Source: Trichormus sp. ATA11-4-KO1 (lineage in GTDB: Bacteria > Cyanobacteriota > Cyanobacteriia > Cyanobacteriales > Nostocaceae). From it: a DNA stretch of 64,000 nucleotides. The first letter of the stretch is position 1; every line of letters begins with the position of its first letter. A program made the translations under genes and the position numbers. Positions 17,702 through 28,696 of this stretch are shown here, piece after piece. The stretch spans positions 1 through 64,000 of the forward strand of contig JAHHIM010000025.1 in assembly GCA_019358915.1 (NCBI GenBank), written 5' to 3'. A model generated the notes under the pieces. The model did no database searches, was not told the DNA's origin, and worked only from the letters and a program-made list of their open reading frames with translations.

Positions 17702-19195
17702 TCATGGTAACCAACGGGGATGAAATCCAACTAAGGGAAGTTTCTCTGGCCCGATTGTGGTAGTGGGAGCATCGGCAATAGGTAACAATGGCATTAGCCA
17801 TAAACTGCTGGTAGCGATCGCTTCTCCATCCTCGGTCTTTAATGGGTTTACAGACAAGGGTAAGGGTTCTGTTTGTGGCATTACTTGATCAAATAACAAG
17901 CCCAAACCATCTGGGGATAAACTCATTTGCACATTTCGCTGATCAATTGGGAGTGCTAGCAGGGGTTTTTGTTCTCCAGTTTTCAGGTCAATTGCCACTA
18001 AATAAGGCTGTTCCACATATTCTTCATTAGAGACTAACTGTGTTAGCAAGCAGTAGAGGGTGGGTGAAGCAGGGTCAAATTGGCAGTTGCGAATGGAGCC
18101 TGTGGTTTTTAGCAGAGGTTTTTGGATGCCTTGGTTGGTCACCAAAAACAAATCACGTGTGTAGTCAGTATTAAATTTTACCATTGCTGCTTGGGAGCCG
18201 TCTTTAGAGAAAGCCTGGACTAGCCCAAATTGCGGTAGAAAATCTAGGGGTTTACTGGCATCACTTTGTAGTGGTAAGATGGCTGCTCCTTGACCTTGGG
18301 CAACCGCTACGGCTTTACTATCGGGAGTGATCATAAAGTCTCCCCCTGGTTGGCTTTGCAGGCGTTTAGGGGTGGGTTTTTCTGACCTGTCACTAGTTGC
18401 TGGCATAAACCAGAGACCAAAATCACCGGGATTAGCTTTGTTCCCTCGCTGAACGACAATAGTTTCCCCATCCGGTGATAAGTCAAATTTGAGGTTTTGG
18501 TATTTTTTGTTATCTAAAATCAGGTCAACTTTACCTGCTGGTTCTGCTGGGGTTTCAGGCTGTACGGAAATGCCTGTGGTTACCGTGTACAACTGCGCCG
18601 ATAGTAAGTCTTGGTTATTGGAGGTGCGAGCCGAAAATAAAATTTTGCCCCCGTCTGGAAATGGCTTAAAGTCCATGACAATCAGGTCTTTGGGGGTAAT
18701 TATCTGCTTTTGCTCTTCGGTTAAGTTGTAGAGAACTAACTGACCTTGGTTGTCTGGATCGGCTCCTATGTAGAGAATGACGCGATCGCGAGTGCGGAAA
18801 TTGCCTGTAAAGGGCTGGATTACCCGATTTTTAGCATCTTGTTGCGAAAACCTATCTTTCGCGTCTTGCAACTGTACTTCATAATTTGTGCCATAGGGTG
18901 CTGGTGTGAGCAATGTATAAACCATCCGCCGCCCTGCCCAACTAATTTTACCTGCTAAAGGCGGCTCAATTTTCAGATTCTCTTCTACGCTCTTGATGTC
19001 CATTGGGCGACTAAAGGTAAGGCTAAAGGAGATATCTTCTGCGCCAATTTGCCGATTTTGCCAGGTAAAATCCCGGACACGAGATGTCACCACATCACCT
19101 TGCAGGATGATGAATCCAATCAGCAGGCTCAGCAGCAACATCAGTGCGATCGCCACACGATCTAGTGGTTGGATAAATGCTTTGGATGTAGTCAT
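17702..19195 (-). CDS. Membrane-anchored Ig-like plus beta-propeller (TolB-like) protein
   Basis: N-terminal TM, LTFSRPMD..SVE Ig-like motif, repeated SPDG motifs. Confidence 0.75.
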   Translation of the reverse strand: MTTSKAFIQPLDRVAIALMLLLSLLIGFIILQGDVVTSRVRDFTWQNRQIGAEDISFSLTFSRPMDIKSVEENLKIEPPLAGKISWAGRRMVYTLLTPAPYGTNYEVQLQDAKDRFSQQDAKNRVIQPFTGNFRTRDRVILYIGADPDNQGQLVLYNLTEEQKQIITPKDLIVMDFKPFPDGGKILFSARTSNNQDLLSAQLYTVTTGISVQPETPAEPAGKVDLILDNKKYQNLKFDLSPDGETIVVQRGNKANPGDFGLWFMPATSDRSEKPTPKRLQSQPGGDFMITPDSKAVAVAQGQGAAILPLQSDASKPLDFLPQFGLVQAFSKDGSQAAMVKFNTDYTRDLFLVTNQGIQKPLLKTTGSIRNCQFDPASPTLYCLLTQLVSNEEYVEQPYLVAIDLKTGEQKPLLALPIDQRNVQMSLSPDGLGLLFDQVMPQTEPLPLSVNPLKTEDGEAIATSSLWLMPLLPIADAPTTTIGPEKLPLVGFHPRWLP

Positions 19196-19236
19196 TTTTC
19201 AGTTATCAATTATCAGTTATCAATTATTAGTTACTA

Positions 19237-20001
19237 CTAATAACTGTAAGGATTTCGGGGTTGGGGAATTTCTTTCATGGAGTTAGCAGCAATGGTAAGT
19301 TGGCGTTTACCTGCTAGATTTTCTGTGACCATTTCTCCTTCTACTTCCAACCAAACATCAGGAGAATAGCGATTTTGATTTTCTGGTAGTTTGACTGGCA
19401 ATCCCACAGGATATGCGTCTGCTGCACAACAAGTCAGGACAAATCGCGCTAAGAACAAATATTCACTTTCTAAATTTGGTGGGTGAATCACAAATCCCTG
19501 AACTTTGACTTTTTGCCCTGTGTATGCGTCTGGTTCTGGATAGACGTTGAGTGTGCGTACCCAATCTACTAGCGATCGCTCTTCTGGTCGAGTAGAAGCT
19601 CGAAAGGATTGGGGTTGGACACGTCCGGTGGTTAATAAATCATTCACACCTAGTTGAATAGCGCTGTCGCTGGCAAAAACTCGGGGTGTAATCGTCAAAC
19701 CCACAATTGCTGTGGTTAACAACAAGATACTACCCCAACCAGGGGGAAATAAATTCAAATGCTGGGTGCTGGATGTCACCATCCGGCGACGTTGGCGCCA
19801 AATTTCTCGCATCTTTAACAAGCCAATAACTAGCAAGGCAATGCCACACACAATCACCAACCCAAAGAAATTGGGGTGAATCAATAAATATAACTTGCCT
19901 GTGAGCCAGTATTGCAGCATCAAAATTCCCCAAGTTGTAATTGCTAGGGCATCTAGCCAGGGGAATAATAGATTTGGGCTTTTAGATTTGGGATTGGTCA
20001 T
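19237..20001 (-). CDS. TIGR03943 (YcgQ-like) putative permease subunit
   Basis: LLIHP, ARFVLTCCAADA, WLEVEG, PQPRNPY.Y. Confidence 0.88.
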   Translation of the reverse strand: MTNPKSKSPNLLFPWLDALAITTWGILMLQYWLTGKLYLLIHPNFFGLVIVCGIALLVIGLLKMREIWRQRRRMVTSSTQHLNLFPPGWGSILLLTTAIVGLTITPRVFASDSAIQLGVNDLLTTGRVQPQSFRASTRPEERSLVDWVRTLNVYPEPDAYTGQKVKVQGFVIHPPNLESEYLFLARFVLTCCAADAYPVGLPVKLPENQNRYSPDVWLEVEGEMVTENLAGKRQLTIAANSMKEIPQPRNPYSY

Positions 20002-20028
20002 TAGTCATTAGTCATTAGTCATTGGTCA
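19994..20028. repeat. STRR heptamer array (TTRGTCA)x5
   Basis: ttggtca, ttagtca x3, ttggtca, overlapping the start codon. Confidence 0.85.
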
Positions 20029-20086
20029 TGGGAAAATTTTTTTACCTATTCCCTGTCACCTGTTTATTGTCATCTGTCAACTGAAA

Positions 20087-21157
20087 TTAAAGCACATATA
20101 AGTTCATGAACAGGGTAAACAAAAATGTTAATTGTGCTGCTAAAGCAAATAAGTAAAAGATTGTTCTGGGACTAAAAACAGATAACATCAAACCAACGCT
20201 TTTAATGTCAACCATTGGGCCAAAGACTAAAAAGGCCAATAAAGAACCAGAACTAAAAGTCGAGGCAAAAGATAGAGCAAAAAATGAATCGACAGTCGAA
20301 CAAATTGAGACAACTGCGGCTAAAAGCAGCATGACCAAAATTGAACTAACGTGTCCTGCACCCAGACTCAGGATTAATTCACGGGGGGCAAATACTTGCA
20401 CAGCAGCTGCGATCGCACTTCCTAAAATCATTACTCCTCCCAATTCCCGCAATTCCTGGATGACATTATCCAAAACTAGACGTAGTTTATCTACCACAGA
20501 TTTGCTGGTGGTGGAGTTGGGGATAGTCTCCTGCATAAAATTAGGATCTAACCGTGTCGATAGACCTGCTTTGCCTCCTAAAATGTAAGTCCCTGATTTC
20601 AACACACTGGATACGGCTGCTTCCTGCTGTGCTGGGTAACGTCTCCCACGGCGTTTTGTTTCTGGCTTGGCTGGGGGATTGAATTTCAGATAACGGGCGA
20701 TCGCTGGTTGGACAATCGGATTGACATCCTTTTGAAAACTAAACACAAAACCGATAATTACGGCAATTGATAGGGAAAATACCACTCGTAAAACTACTAT
20801 TTCTGGCTGGTCTCGAAAGGCTATCCAAGTTGCCCAAATTACAATGGGGTTAATCGTTGGTGCTGCTAGTAAAAAACCAATGGCCACGGGTGTGGGTACT
20901 CCCTGCATCAGCAATCGTCGCGCTACTGGGACATTACCGCACTCACACACCGGAAACAGAAAGCCGATCATACTGCCTGCTAAAGCACCCAGTACCGGAT
21001 TTCTGGGCATTTTTGCTACTAATTGGCGCTCATCGATAAAAATCAGCAGCACACTGGAAAATAACACACCAAACAGCAAAAACGGCATCGCCTCGACTAG
21101 CAAACTCAGAAATATAGTGAAACCATTGTTCAGTTGATTCATGGGTGTCGCAGTCAA
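20087..21157 (-). CDS. Permease, DUF318/YcgR-like
   Basis: EAMPFLL, FPVCECGNVPV, AAPTINP, SICSTVDSF, GPMVDIK. Confidence 0.9.
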   Translation of the reverse strand: MTATPMNQLNNGFTIFLSLLVEAMPFLLFGVLFSSVLLIFIDERQLVAKMPRNPVLGALAGSMIGFLFPVCECGNVPVARRLLMQGVPTPVAIGFLLAAPTINPIVIWATWIAFRDQPEIVVLRVVFSLSIAVIIGFVFSFQKDVNPIVQPAIARYLKFNPPAKPETKRRGRRYPAQQEAAVSSVLKSGTYILGGKAGLSTRLDPNFMQETIPNSTTSKSVVDKLRLVLDNVIQELRELGGVMILGSAIAAAVQVFAPRELILSLGAGHVSSILVMLLLAAVVSICSTVDSFFALSFASTFSSGSLLAFLVFGPMVDIKSVGLMLSVFSPRTIFYLFALAAQLTFLFTLFMNLYVL

Positions 21158-21870
21158 AAGCGGTTTAAAGTTTTTAGGTTATGCCTTGTCATTTTATCGG
21201 AACGGGGATCAAAAGCATGTCAGGGTAACTCAACCTTATTTAAACAGTAAGTTCGTGTTTGATTTCTAGTTACGCTACGGCGATTACGAGCGCTAGCAAG
21301 TTGTCGATAGTCATGTTTAGCTGTGTGCATTTACTGATGATGACTAATCTTAAGATTGCTGAATTTCCGAAATTGTTCCGAGTTATGGGAAATAGTGAGC
21401 TAGCTGCATGACGTTTAATTACTTAATGTTTATACTGACTGTAAACTAGTCGGTCAGGATGTTATCTTCCACGCATTTTCATAAATGATTCATAGTTTTT
21501 AAACATTCGGGGATCGCTGGTGATTGCTAACAACCGTAATTTTGACTATTATTTTTGGCAAAATCAAACATACGCTTTGGTTGATTTCTTACTATAAAAA
21601 CTGCCAAACTGCAAGCTCAAGGGGGAACAAATAAGTACATGAGAATGAGGATTTTAACAAAAAAGTACCTCTATGACTTAAAGGCCAAGTAAAATCGCGG
21701 AGCTGCAACGGCTCTCCATCTGACAAATTCTGCTACGATTCATCAATCAATTAGTCCTGAAGCTGTTTGTTTTGTTCTCTAGCGCCTCTATCTGCCAATT
21801 CAGTAGATACTGACAGGGACTAAAATATTAGCTTATTACTTGCCAGATTTTCTATATATTAGAGTCTCCA

Positions 21871-23229
21871 GTGCCACAAGAATTTAGTTCCCTCATCTCA
21901 CCGCCAATTTTGTCTGGTGGTAGCGATCGCGATCTCGGCTTAGAATCAACACTCCAAGAACTACCCATGTACAACTTTCAGGTAGAAATTAGTTGTACTG
22001 GTGCAGAAGTTGCTAATTTTTTTGAAAAGTACCCACTGCTACCAGGAGCAATTTTACTAGAACAGGGCAAATTCATGGGGATGATTTCGCGGCGGCGACT
22101 GCTAGAATTTTTGGTTCGTCCTTATGGACAAGAGTTATTTACCCAAAAAACTTTGGATGTGCTTTACAGCTATGCACGTACAGCTATAGTGCTACTTCCC
22201 GATACAACATCGATTTTGACAGCGATACAACATACATTGAGGCGATCGCCTGAACTTTTGGCAGAACCAATTGTAGTGCAAACAGCAGCTAATACCTACA
22301 GATTATTAGATATACATGACTTGAATATTGCTTCTTGGCAAATTCAGGGAATAGAAACTCAAGTGCGCTATGAACGTAGCCAAGCCCAAATGATTCAAAA
22401 TGATAAAATGGCACGTCTAGGGCGTTTGGTAGATGGGGTAGCACACGAAATTTTAGATCCAGTTGGGTTTATTTGGGGTAATTTAACTTATATTTCTAAT
22501 TACAGTCAAGATTTACTCAAGCTAATAGCTGCTTACGAAAAAGATTTACCTCACACTTCCCAGGCAATTCAACATATTAAAGAAGAAATTGAATTTGATT
22601 TTCTCGAACAAGATTTATCAAAGTCGCTTGCTAGCATTCGTACTGGTGCAGAAAGATTAAAAAAACTGGTCACCAGTTTACAAAACTTCTGTCATATCGA
22701 TGAAGTTCACCCTAAACCAATAGACTTACATGCCTGTATAGATAGTATTGTCCTGCTGATTAAAAGTCGTTTAAAAGGAGAAATTGAAGTAATCAAAGAC
22801 TACGGTAAATTGCCACCAGTTTCTTGCTTTATGGGACAGCTAAATCAAGTATTAATGAACATTTTGAGTCAAGCTGTGGATGCTTTGCTAAATGAAGCTG
22901 TGCGACAAAAATTTCAGCAAAATTATTCGCCAACTGCTACTAAACCACAAATTAAAATTACTACAGCAGTTATCTCGCTAGAAGCCACCAAACCTGATGC
23001 ACCAGATTCTCGTTGGGTTTCTGTGTGCATTGCTGATAATGGCCCAGGAATGTCTCCAGAGTCGCAACAGCAAATTATAGAGTTTTTTTCTTTGGAAAAA
23101 TGGGCTGATAAAGAAACTAGTTTAGGGATGAGTTATAGAATTATCACCGCAAGACATGGTGGCAAATTAAAGTTTCGTTCACAACTTGGTGTAGGTACTG
23201 AATTTGAAATATTATTGCCCTTAGTGTAA
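21871..23229 (+). CDS. Histidine kinase-like protein with degenerate ATP-binding boxes
   Basis: GVAHEI H-box, ADNGPGM G1; N-box SQAVDA, G2 ETSLG. Confidence 0.85.
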   Translation: MPQEFSSLISPPILSGGSDRDLGLESTLQELPMYNFQVEISCTGAEVANFFEKYPLLPGAILLEQGKFMGMISRRRLLEFLVRPYGQELFTQKTLDVLYSYARTAIVLLPDTTSILTAIQHTLRRSPELLAEPIVVQTAANTYRLLDIHDLNIASWQIQGIETQVRYERSQAQMIQNDKMARLGRLVDGVAHEILDPVGFIWGNLTYISNYSQDLLKLIAAYEKDLPHTSQAIQHIKEEIEFDFLEQDLSKSLASIRTGAERLKKLVTSLQNFCHIDEVHPKPIDLHACIDSIVLLIKSRLKGEIEVIKDYGKLPPVSCFMGQLNQVLMNILSQAVDALLNEAVRQKFQQNYSPTATKPQIKITTAVISLEATKPDAPDSRWVSVCIADNGPGMSPESQQQIIEFFSLEKWADKETSLGMSYRIITARHGGKLKFRSQLGVGTEFEILLPLV

Positions 23230-23392
23230 TTATAGGAATCCTCTTGGATTTGCCAACATCAACAGACTCATTTCTCTAAATTCTTGTAGAAACCTCTAGA
23301 GTGGCTTCCCGGAGGGTAGAAGTCGATGTTTTTTTGTACATAATACATTGAGCATTGCTATATGTATTCTTATAGCCGTATTCACATAGACT

Positions 23393-23474
23393 ATACCAAT
23401 TCACAATTAAGAAAGCCAGATTTTACAAGAGTTTCTACGCTTGGATCTGTTGCTTAATTTTGGTGAATTGGTAT
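23393..23474. mobile_element. MITE-like element (82 bp) with 12-bp terminal inverted repeats
   Basis: ataccaattcac ... gtgaattggtat. Confidence 0.65.
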
Positions 23475-23549
23475 TAGGACATTACTGATTGCTCAGAGCA
23501 ATGAAGCAACTGGGTTTATACTCAGGAGGGAAGCAATTTGCTATATAAA

Positions 23550-24152
23550 TTAATCCTGCTTGTCCACAGGGACTAAAATATATGTAGTCTGGTTATTAGG
23601 TTTGTTAACACTCTGACTACCAGATGTTGGCACATCCTTAACTGCACTTTTTGCTACATTGATTGTGCCTTTAATCGTGTCCTTAATCCCTTCATCGGCT
23701 CCCTTAACGATGTCCACAGTGTTTGTGAAAGTATCGTTAACATCTACAGCTACACCCTTGACACTAACCACGGTATTTTTCACAGTGTCGTTAACATCTA
23801 CAGCTGTACCCTTAACGGCATCACTCACATCTTTTACAGTATCGTTAATGCCTTCAGCTACAGTTTTAATTGCATCTCCTACACCTTTTACGGTGTAATT
23901 AAAATTATTAGTTACGCCCTTAACTACGTTCCCTACACTTTTGATAGTTTCGTTAACTTTTTGGGCTGAATTTCTCATAGCTAAAGCCCCAGCCACAGCG
24001 CCTAAAGTAGCACCAATAACTGTTCCAAATACTACTTTCCCAAACTCATTATTTGAGTCTGCGCCTACTTGCTCATTATCAGCTTGATTTGCCTGACTAT
24101 TTCTATTTTCTGTAACTTGATCGGAAAACTGCTGGTTGCCATTCATCATCAT
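23550..24152 (-). CDS. YtxH/LEA-like protein with glycine zipper and 18-aa helical repeats
   Basis: GTVIGATLGAVAGALA followed by VKGxxxxxNDTVKxxxxx repeats. Confidence 0.7.
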   Translation of the reverse strand: MMMNGNQQFSDQVTENRNSQANQADNEQVGADSNNEFGKVVFGTVIGATLGAVAGALAMRNSAQKVNETIKSVGNVVKGVTNNFNYTVKGVGDAIKTVAEGINDTVKDVSDAVKGTAVDVNDTVKNTVVSVKGVAVDVNDTFTNTVDIVKGADEGIKDTIKGTINVAKSAVKDVPTSGSQSVNKPNNQTTYILVPVDKQD

Positions 24153-24203
24153 TACCTCATTTTAAGTGTGAAATAATAAGTAACTTGAGGACAGAGCTTA
24201 TAT

Positions 24204-24352
24204 TATTATGTCCGGTTAATCAAACTAAATAAAAAATGTTTGCTCGTAGTCAGGACTTTAGTCCTGTCTATAGGGACTGTAGACGCGTAGCGGCTTCTCG
24301 CAGAGTAGTCCATACTACAACAGGGCTTCTTATAGGTAGGCGGACAACATAT
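24204..24352. mobile_element. MITE-like dispersed repeat copy 1, containing a REP-like doublet and a 26-bp insertion
   Basis: 24208-24267 identical to 41145-41204; ends atgtccg/cggaca. Confidence 0.8.
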
Positions 24353-24529
24353 AACTAATCATTAGGAAGGGCACAGAAATAGTTAATCTATTTATGTGCG
24401 CTTCCTTCATGATTAAAGATTAATTTGATTGCAAAAAGGTTCATCAAAGGGTCATATTTAAAGAAATGTTTGTATTTGTTACTAGGTAGTTAAACCCCAA
24501 TTCTAATGACCTTTAAATTTATGCTTATT

Positions 24530-25366
24530 TTAACTATCAATCCGATTAATCTCTTCTTCAATCGCACTATCTTCAAAAGAAGATACTGAAATTCTTTCAT
24601 TGACAAAATTTGTTGATTCGCCTACATATCCTTCTGTACGCTCTGGAGTTGAAATGTACATCGACTGAGTACTAATATCTTGCTGACCTATGCCGACATC
24701 ATCATTTTTAGTTTGCTGATTGTCTGCGACTGTCTGGTCTTGATGTTGCTTACCCGTATTTTCAAATGGTCTGGTATTCTCTGCTGCTTCCTTTGTCCTC
24801 TCAGCAGAATCTTGTACAGCTTGGTTAATATCCTGAGATGTCTTCTGTACTGCGTTCATTGCACCGACTGCGGTTTGTCTAGCTCCCTCTGCCGCACTCT
24901 GAACTGTCTCTAACCCATCCCTATCACCAATAACAGCGTAGCTGGCACCTTCAGCAACACTCTTTGCCACATCTCCTAAACCTTTGGCTGTATGACCAAG
25001 ACCTTCACCTATAGTTTTTGCTGCGTCTTGGACACCTTTCATAGTGTGGTTAAATCCCTCACCCAGTCTTTTACCAGCTAAAGCACCAGCTAGTGATCCC
25101 AAAGTACCACCAATGAGTCCACCAATGATTGCTCTACTTAATGCTGGATTAACTTGTCGTCCGTTTGTGGTGCGACTAGTATCGGGTTGAGATCCAGTTT
25201 TTGCGGTACCAATACGAGATTGGTCTGTAGACGTGCGGTTAGCCTCTTCGGGACTAGATACTTTAGTCCCCGTATTCGTGCTTGCTGTACCAACACAAGC
25301 TTGGTCTGTAATTGTGCGATTAGTATTTTCACTCTGATTATTCACAGCCTGTCTGCTCTCAACCAT
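24530..25366 (-). CDS. YtxH/LEA-like protein related to the neighbouring gene
   Basis: GGLIGGTLGSLAGALA followed by 18-aa repeats (GEGFNHTMKGVQDA / GEGLGHTAKGLGDV). Confidence 0.7.
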   Translation of the reverse strand: MVESRQAVNNQSENTNRTITDQACVGTASTNTGTKVSSPEEANRTSTDQSRIGTAKTGSQPDTSRTTNGRQVNPALSRAIIGGLIGGTLGSLAGALAGKRLGEGFNHTMKGVQDAAKTIGEGLGHTAKGLGDVAKSVAEGASYAVIGDRDGLETVQSAAEGARQTAVGAMNAVQKTSQDINQAVQDSAERTKEAAENTRPFENTGKQHQDQTVADNQQTKNDDVGIGQQDISTQSMYISTPERTEGYVGESTNFVNERISVSSFEDSAIEEEINRIDS

Positions 25367-25594
25367 ATTAAGAATCTCCTTAGTTAAAAACGATTAACAT
25401 CAACTGTTATGTGTTGTTATCTAAAGACAATTTAACGATTATAGATTCAGGCTTAACCGTTCTGAAGGCAGACATATTAGACCATACTGTCTGTCTGGAG
25501 TTGAGTTAATTGTATTTTTTAGTTGTGACTAGCAATACAAACTTATTTAACCCATTGAAAATGGCTATAAACACGCTAATTGATGATATTTCTC

Positions 25595-27076
25595 TCAGTG
25601 GAATCTCGTTGACAGCAAGTTTTCACCACTTTGGTAAATTTTCCGCGCATAGTCAGTCCAAGAACCTTGCCCCCAGTAACGAAAACAACTAGTTTGTAGC
25701 AAAAGGTTATGTAAAAGAATATTGCGATATTCAGAAGAATTAGTTGACAATACTTTACTAATATTTTGGTGAAATAAGCTGCTTAATTCATACATGGGAG
25801 ATAGCACATTTTCATATCCTGTTACCCAACTAATATGATTTGTCCATGAGGCTCCATCCATGTGAAAATTAGGGTTATTTTGTTTTAATTCTTGAATGGC
25901 ATTTTCTACAGTATCAGGTTGGCAATTTTCGGGTGAAACTCGCTGCCAGATTTGATGTTGTCCTACTGGCTGGCATGTGGGATAGTCTTCAGAATAGCAA
26001 CCAGCAGCAGCGATTAATTCTAAATATTCCGTGCCACACACCCCAACAACACCAGATTTGCCTCCTCCTTGATTCACCATGTCTCCCCATGCTTGTTTAA
26101 AAGCACTAGGAAATTCATTCATCATCACACCACCATTTTCACCATCCCCAATTTGGCTCACTATTGGGGGGATCAATACATTGCCTACTTGTTGTTTAGA
26201 TAGAGTTTTGGCTTCATAGTAAGGCTGCATTTGAGCCACTAATTTAGTATCGGAACCCTGGGTTTTAATTAAGGCTGTAATGCTAATTGTTTCGCCTTGA
26301 GAATTACGGGCAATAAGACGGTGAGGTAAGTGTTTGTGAGTAAGAGGTTGACCGTTAATTGTTTCTACAGAATGTTCTTGCACAAGTAACCAGCGATATC
26401 CACATTCCTGGAGAGCTTTGACAAATGCAAATAAAGTATCAGGGTGATTTGGTAGGTGCATTTCTGGGAGTGAAAAACCTTTGACTCGCGCCAATGCTTC
26501 CCAACCAAAAATCGCGGCAAAGTGATGTTGCCAGGCAATGATATGTAACTTAATATCTGGTATGGGAGTCGAAGGAACTACAGCATGACCCCACATCGTT
26601 CCCAGCCATTCTACATGAGGTTGATAGGTAGGGTCGCAAGTGATGCGTTTGAGATTATCTAAAATATCATCTCGTCCCATTTGTCTGAGTCCCCACAAAA
26701 GATTACCAGAGTAATCCAACATCACACGGGGGTTACAGCCTTGATTAACGAGTTCGGGGATAAAGTCACCCATGCGGCTGTAACAATAAGCAAAAGGTGC
26801 AGCATTATGATTATCCCCGAACTGGGGATGCTCAAACATATATTGCAGATTATTGATCAGTCCACCATCATGTCCAGCAGGTATAGTAGGCTGGTGCATA
26901 TGTAAGGCGATCGCAAATACAGCATTCAAGTCCTCTAACCGGATATTCGTTGAGGGTAAAAATACAGGCGCATCATGGTTAACTACAGAGAGCACCTCTG
27001 TTTCCCAACCAGAAATATTCGGCAAACCATCTATGATTTCGGGCAAAGAAGGAAGATTTGTAGGTAATGTCAGCAT
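25595..27076 (-). CDS. Glycoside hydrolase family 57-like protein
   Basis: ALHMHQP, GFSLPEMHLP, IGDGENGG, QTSCFRYWG. Confidence 0.85.
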   Translation of the reverse strand: MLTLPTNLPSLPEIIDGLPNISGWETEVLSVVNHDAPVFLPSTNIRLEDLNAVFAIALHMHQPTIPAGHDGGLINNLQYMFEHPQFGDNHNAAPFAYCYSRMGDFIPELVNQGCNPRVMLDYSGNLLWGLRQMGRDDILDNLKRITCDPTYQPHVEWLGTMWGHAVVPSTPIPDIKLHIIAWQHHFAAIFGWEALARVKGFSLPEMHLPNHPDTLFAFVKALQECGYRWLLVQEHSVETINGQPLTHKHLPHRLIARNSQGETISITALIKTQGSDTKLVAQMQPYYEAKTLSKQQVGNVLIPPIVSQIGDGENGGVMMNEFPSAFKQAWGDMVNQGGGKSGVVGVCGTEYLELIAAAGCYSEDYPTCQPVGQHQIWQRVSPENCQPDTVENAIQELKQNNPNFHMDGASWTNHISWVTGYENVLSPMYELSSLFHQNISKVLSTNSSEYRNILLHNLLLQTSCFRYWGQGSWTDYARKIYQSGENLLSTRFH

Positions 27077-27420
27077 TTCTGATTGCTCCGAAATAAGTTT
27101 TATTTTTCAATCTTGCACCAGCTAACTGATTTTGCGTACATAACACGCTATTTTCAATCTGGTATTTTTTAGGCAACAACAAATCTGGCAATGATCGTCA
27201 GTGCCGTCTTACCAGATATTCCCATCTTTGTGTGCCACTTGGTGATGAAGTTTGTTTACCGTCTGTTGTCAACGAAGTCAGAAAGAGGGAAGACGGAAGA
27301 AGGATGATCCTTATGCTTCTTCCTCCTGACTTCGCTTTGAATTGAGACACTCAAATTTTAGCGATCGCTTGTCCCTACGTCCGCGATAAAATTCTCAAGC
27401 ACAACAGTGTCGTTATTCCC

Positions 27421-28254
27421 ATGCAAGTCAACTGGCAAACTGTCAAAACTTACGAAGACATCCTGTATCACAAAACAGATGGCATCGCTAAAATAACCAT
27501 CAACCGACCCCACAAACGTAATGCTTTCCGCCCCAAAACTGTCTTTGAACTATACGACGCTTTCTGTGATGCCCGTGAAGATACGAGTATTGGAGTAGTA
27601 CTATTTACGGGGTATGGCCCACACACCGATGGTAAATATGCCTTTTGTGCTGGTGGTGACCAAAGTGTCCGGGGACAGGCGGGTTATGTTGACGATGCTG
27701 GTATCCCCCGCTTGAACGTGTTGGATTTACAACGTCTCATTCGTTCCCTGCCGAAAGTCGTGATTGCTTTGGTCGCTGGTTATGCTATTGGTGGTGGACA
27801 CGTCCTGCACTTGATTTGTGACCTCACCATTGCTGCTGATAACGCTATTTTTGGACAGACTGGCCCCAAAGTTGGCAGTTTCGATGGTGGTTTTGGCGCC
27901 AGCTATCTCGCCCGCATCGTGGGACAAAAAAAGGCGCGAGAAATTTGGTTTCTCTGCCGCCAATATAATGCACAACAAGCTCTAGATATGGGTTTGGTAA
28001 ATTGTATCGTCCCCATAGAGCAACTAGAAGCCGAAGGAATTCAATGGGCGCAAGAAATTTTAGAAAAAAGCCCAATTGCAATTCGGTGTCTGAAAGCGGC
28101 ATTTAATGCTGATTGTGATGGTCAAGCCGGTTTACAAGAACTTGCTGGTAACGCCACCTTACTGTATTACATGACAGAAGAGGGTTCTGAAGGCAAACAA
28201 GCCTTTTTAGAAAAGCGTCCACCGAATTTTCGCACCTTCCCCTGGCTACCTTAA
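27421..28254 (+). CDS. menB: 1,4-dihydroxy-2-naphthoyl-CoA synthase
   Basis: [46 protein letters not shown]. Confidence 0.97.
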   Translation: MQVNWQTVKTYEDILYHKTDGIAKITINRPHKRNAFRPKTVFELYDAFCDAREDTSIGVVLFTGYGPHTDGKYAFCAGGDQSVRGQAGYVDDAGIPRLNVLDLQRLIRSLPKVVIALVAGYAIGGGHVLHLICDLTIAADNAIFGQTGPKVGSFDGGFGASYLARIVGQKKAREIWFLCRQYNAQQALDMGLVNCIVPIEQLEAEGIQWAQEILEKSPIAIRCLKAAFNADCDGQAGLQELAGNATLLYYMTEEGSEGKQAFLEKRPPNFRTFPWLP

Positions 28255-28257
28255 AAT

Positions 28258-28296
28258 TGCCAAAATCGCACCTTAAAACAAGGTGCGATTTTGGCA
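28258..28296. terminator. Perfect 17-bp stem-loop between convergent genes
   Basis: tgccaaaatcgcacctt-aaaac-aaggtgcgattttggca, 3 nt after the menB stop. Confidence 0.7.
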
Positions 28297-28381
28297 GATG
28301 TCAAAGTTAACAGCACTAGAAATCTTAATAGATAAATCTTAATTTTAAGTAAACTACAAACCGAGTCCAGTCATTAAGTGA

Positions 28382-28696
28382 CTAAATTCGCACTGCCCTA
28401 GTCTTAGCCTCTTGTAAGGTACAGTTAGCTACTTCCTCTACAGGGGCAAGAGTCTTATTGTCTATATCTGAAGCCAGAGTATGAGAAGAACCTAAAACTC
28501 GTGTCGCATCTGGCAAACTCCAAGCATCTTCCAGGGTTTCCCAAGAAGGTGCAAAAGGTGGTAACGCCAATGAGCAAGCTTTCCAACTGGCTTGAACTGG
28601 CGATCCCAACTGTTGGCACATTCCGCCACGGCGACCCTCTGGCTGGTAATGACGACAATATCGACAGGCAGATGTCAAGAATTTAATGGGTTTCAT
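28382..28696 (-). CDS. Hypothetical Cys-rich protein
   Basis: CRYCRHY.PEGRRGGMC...WKAC. Confidence 0.75.
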   Translation of the reverse strand: MKPIKFLTSACRYCRHYQPEGRRGGMCQQLGSPVQASWKACSLALPPFAPSWETLEDAWSLPDATRVLGSSHTLASDIDNKTLAPVEEVANCTLQEAKTRAVRI

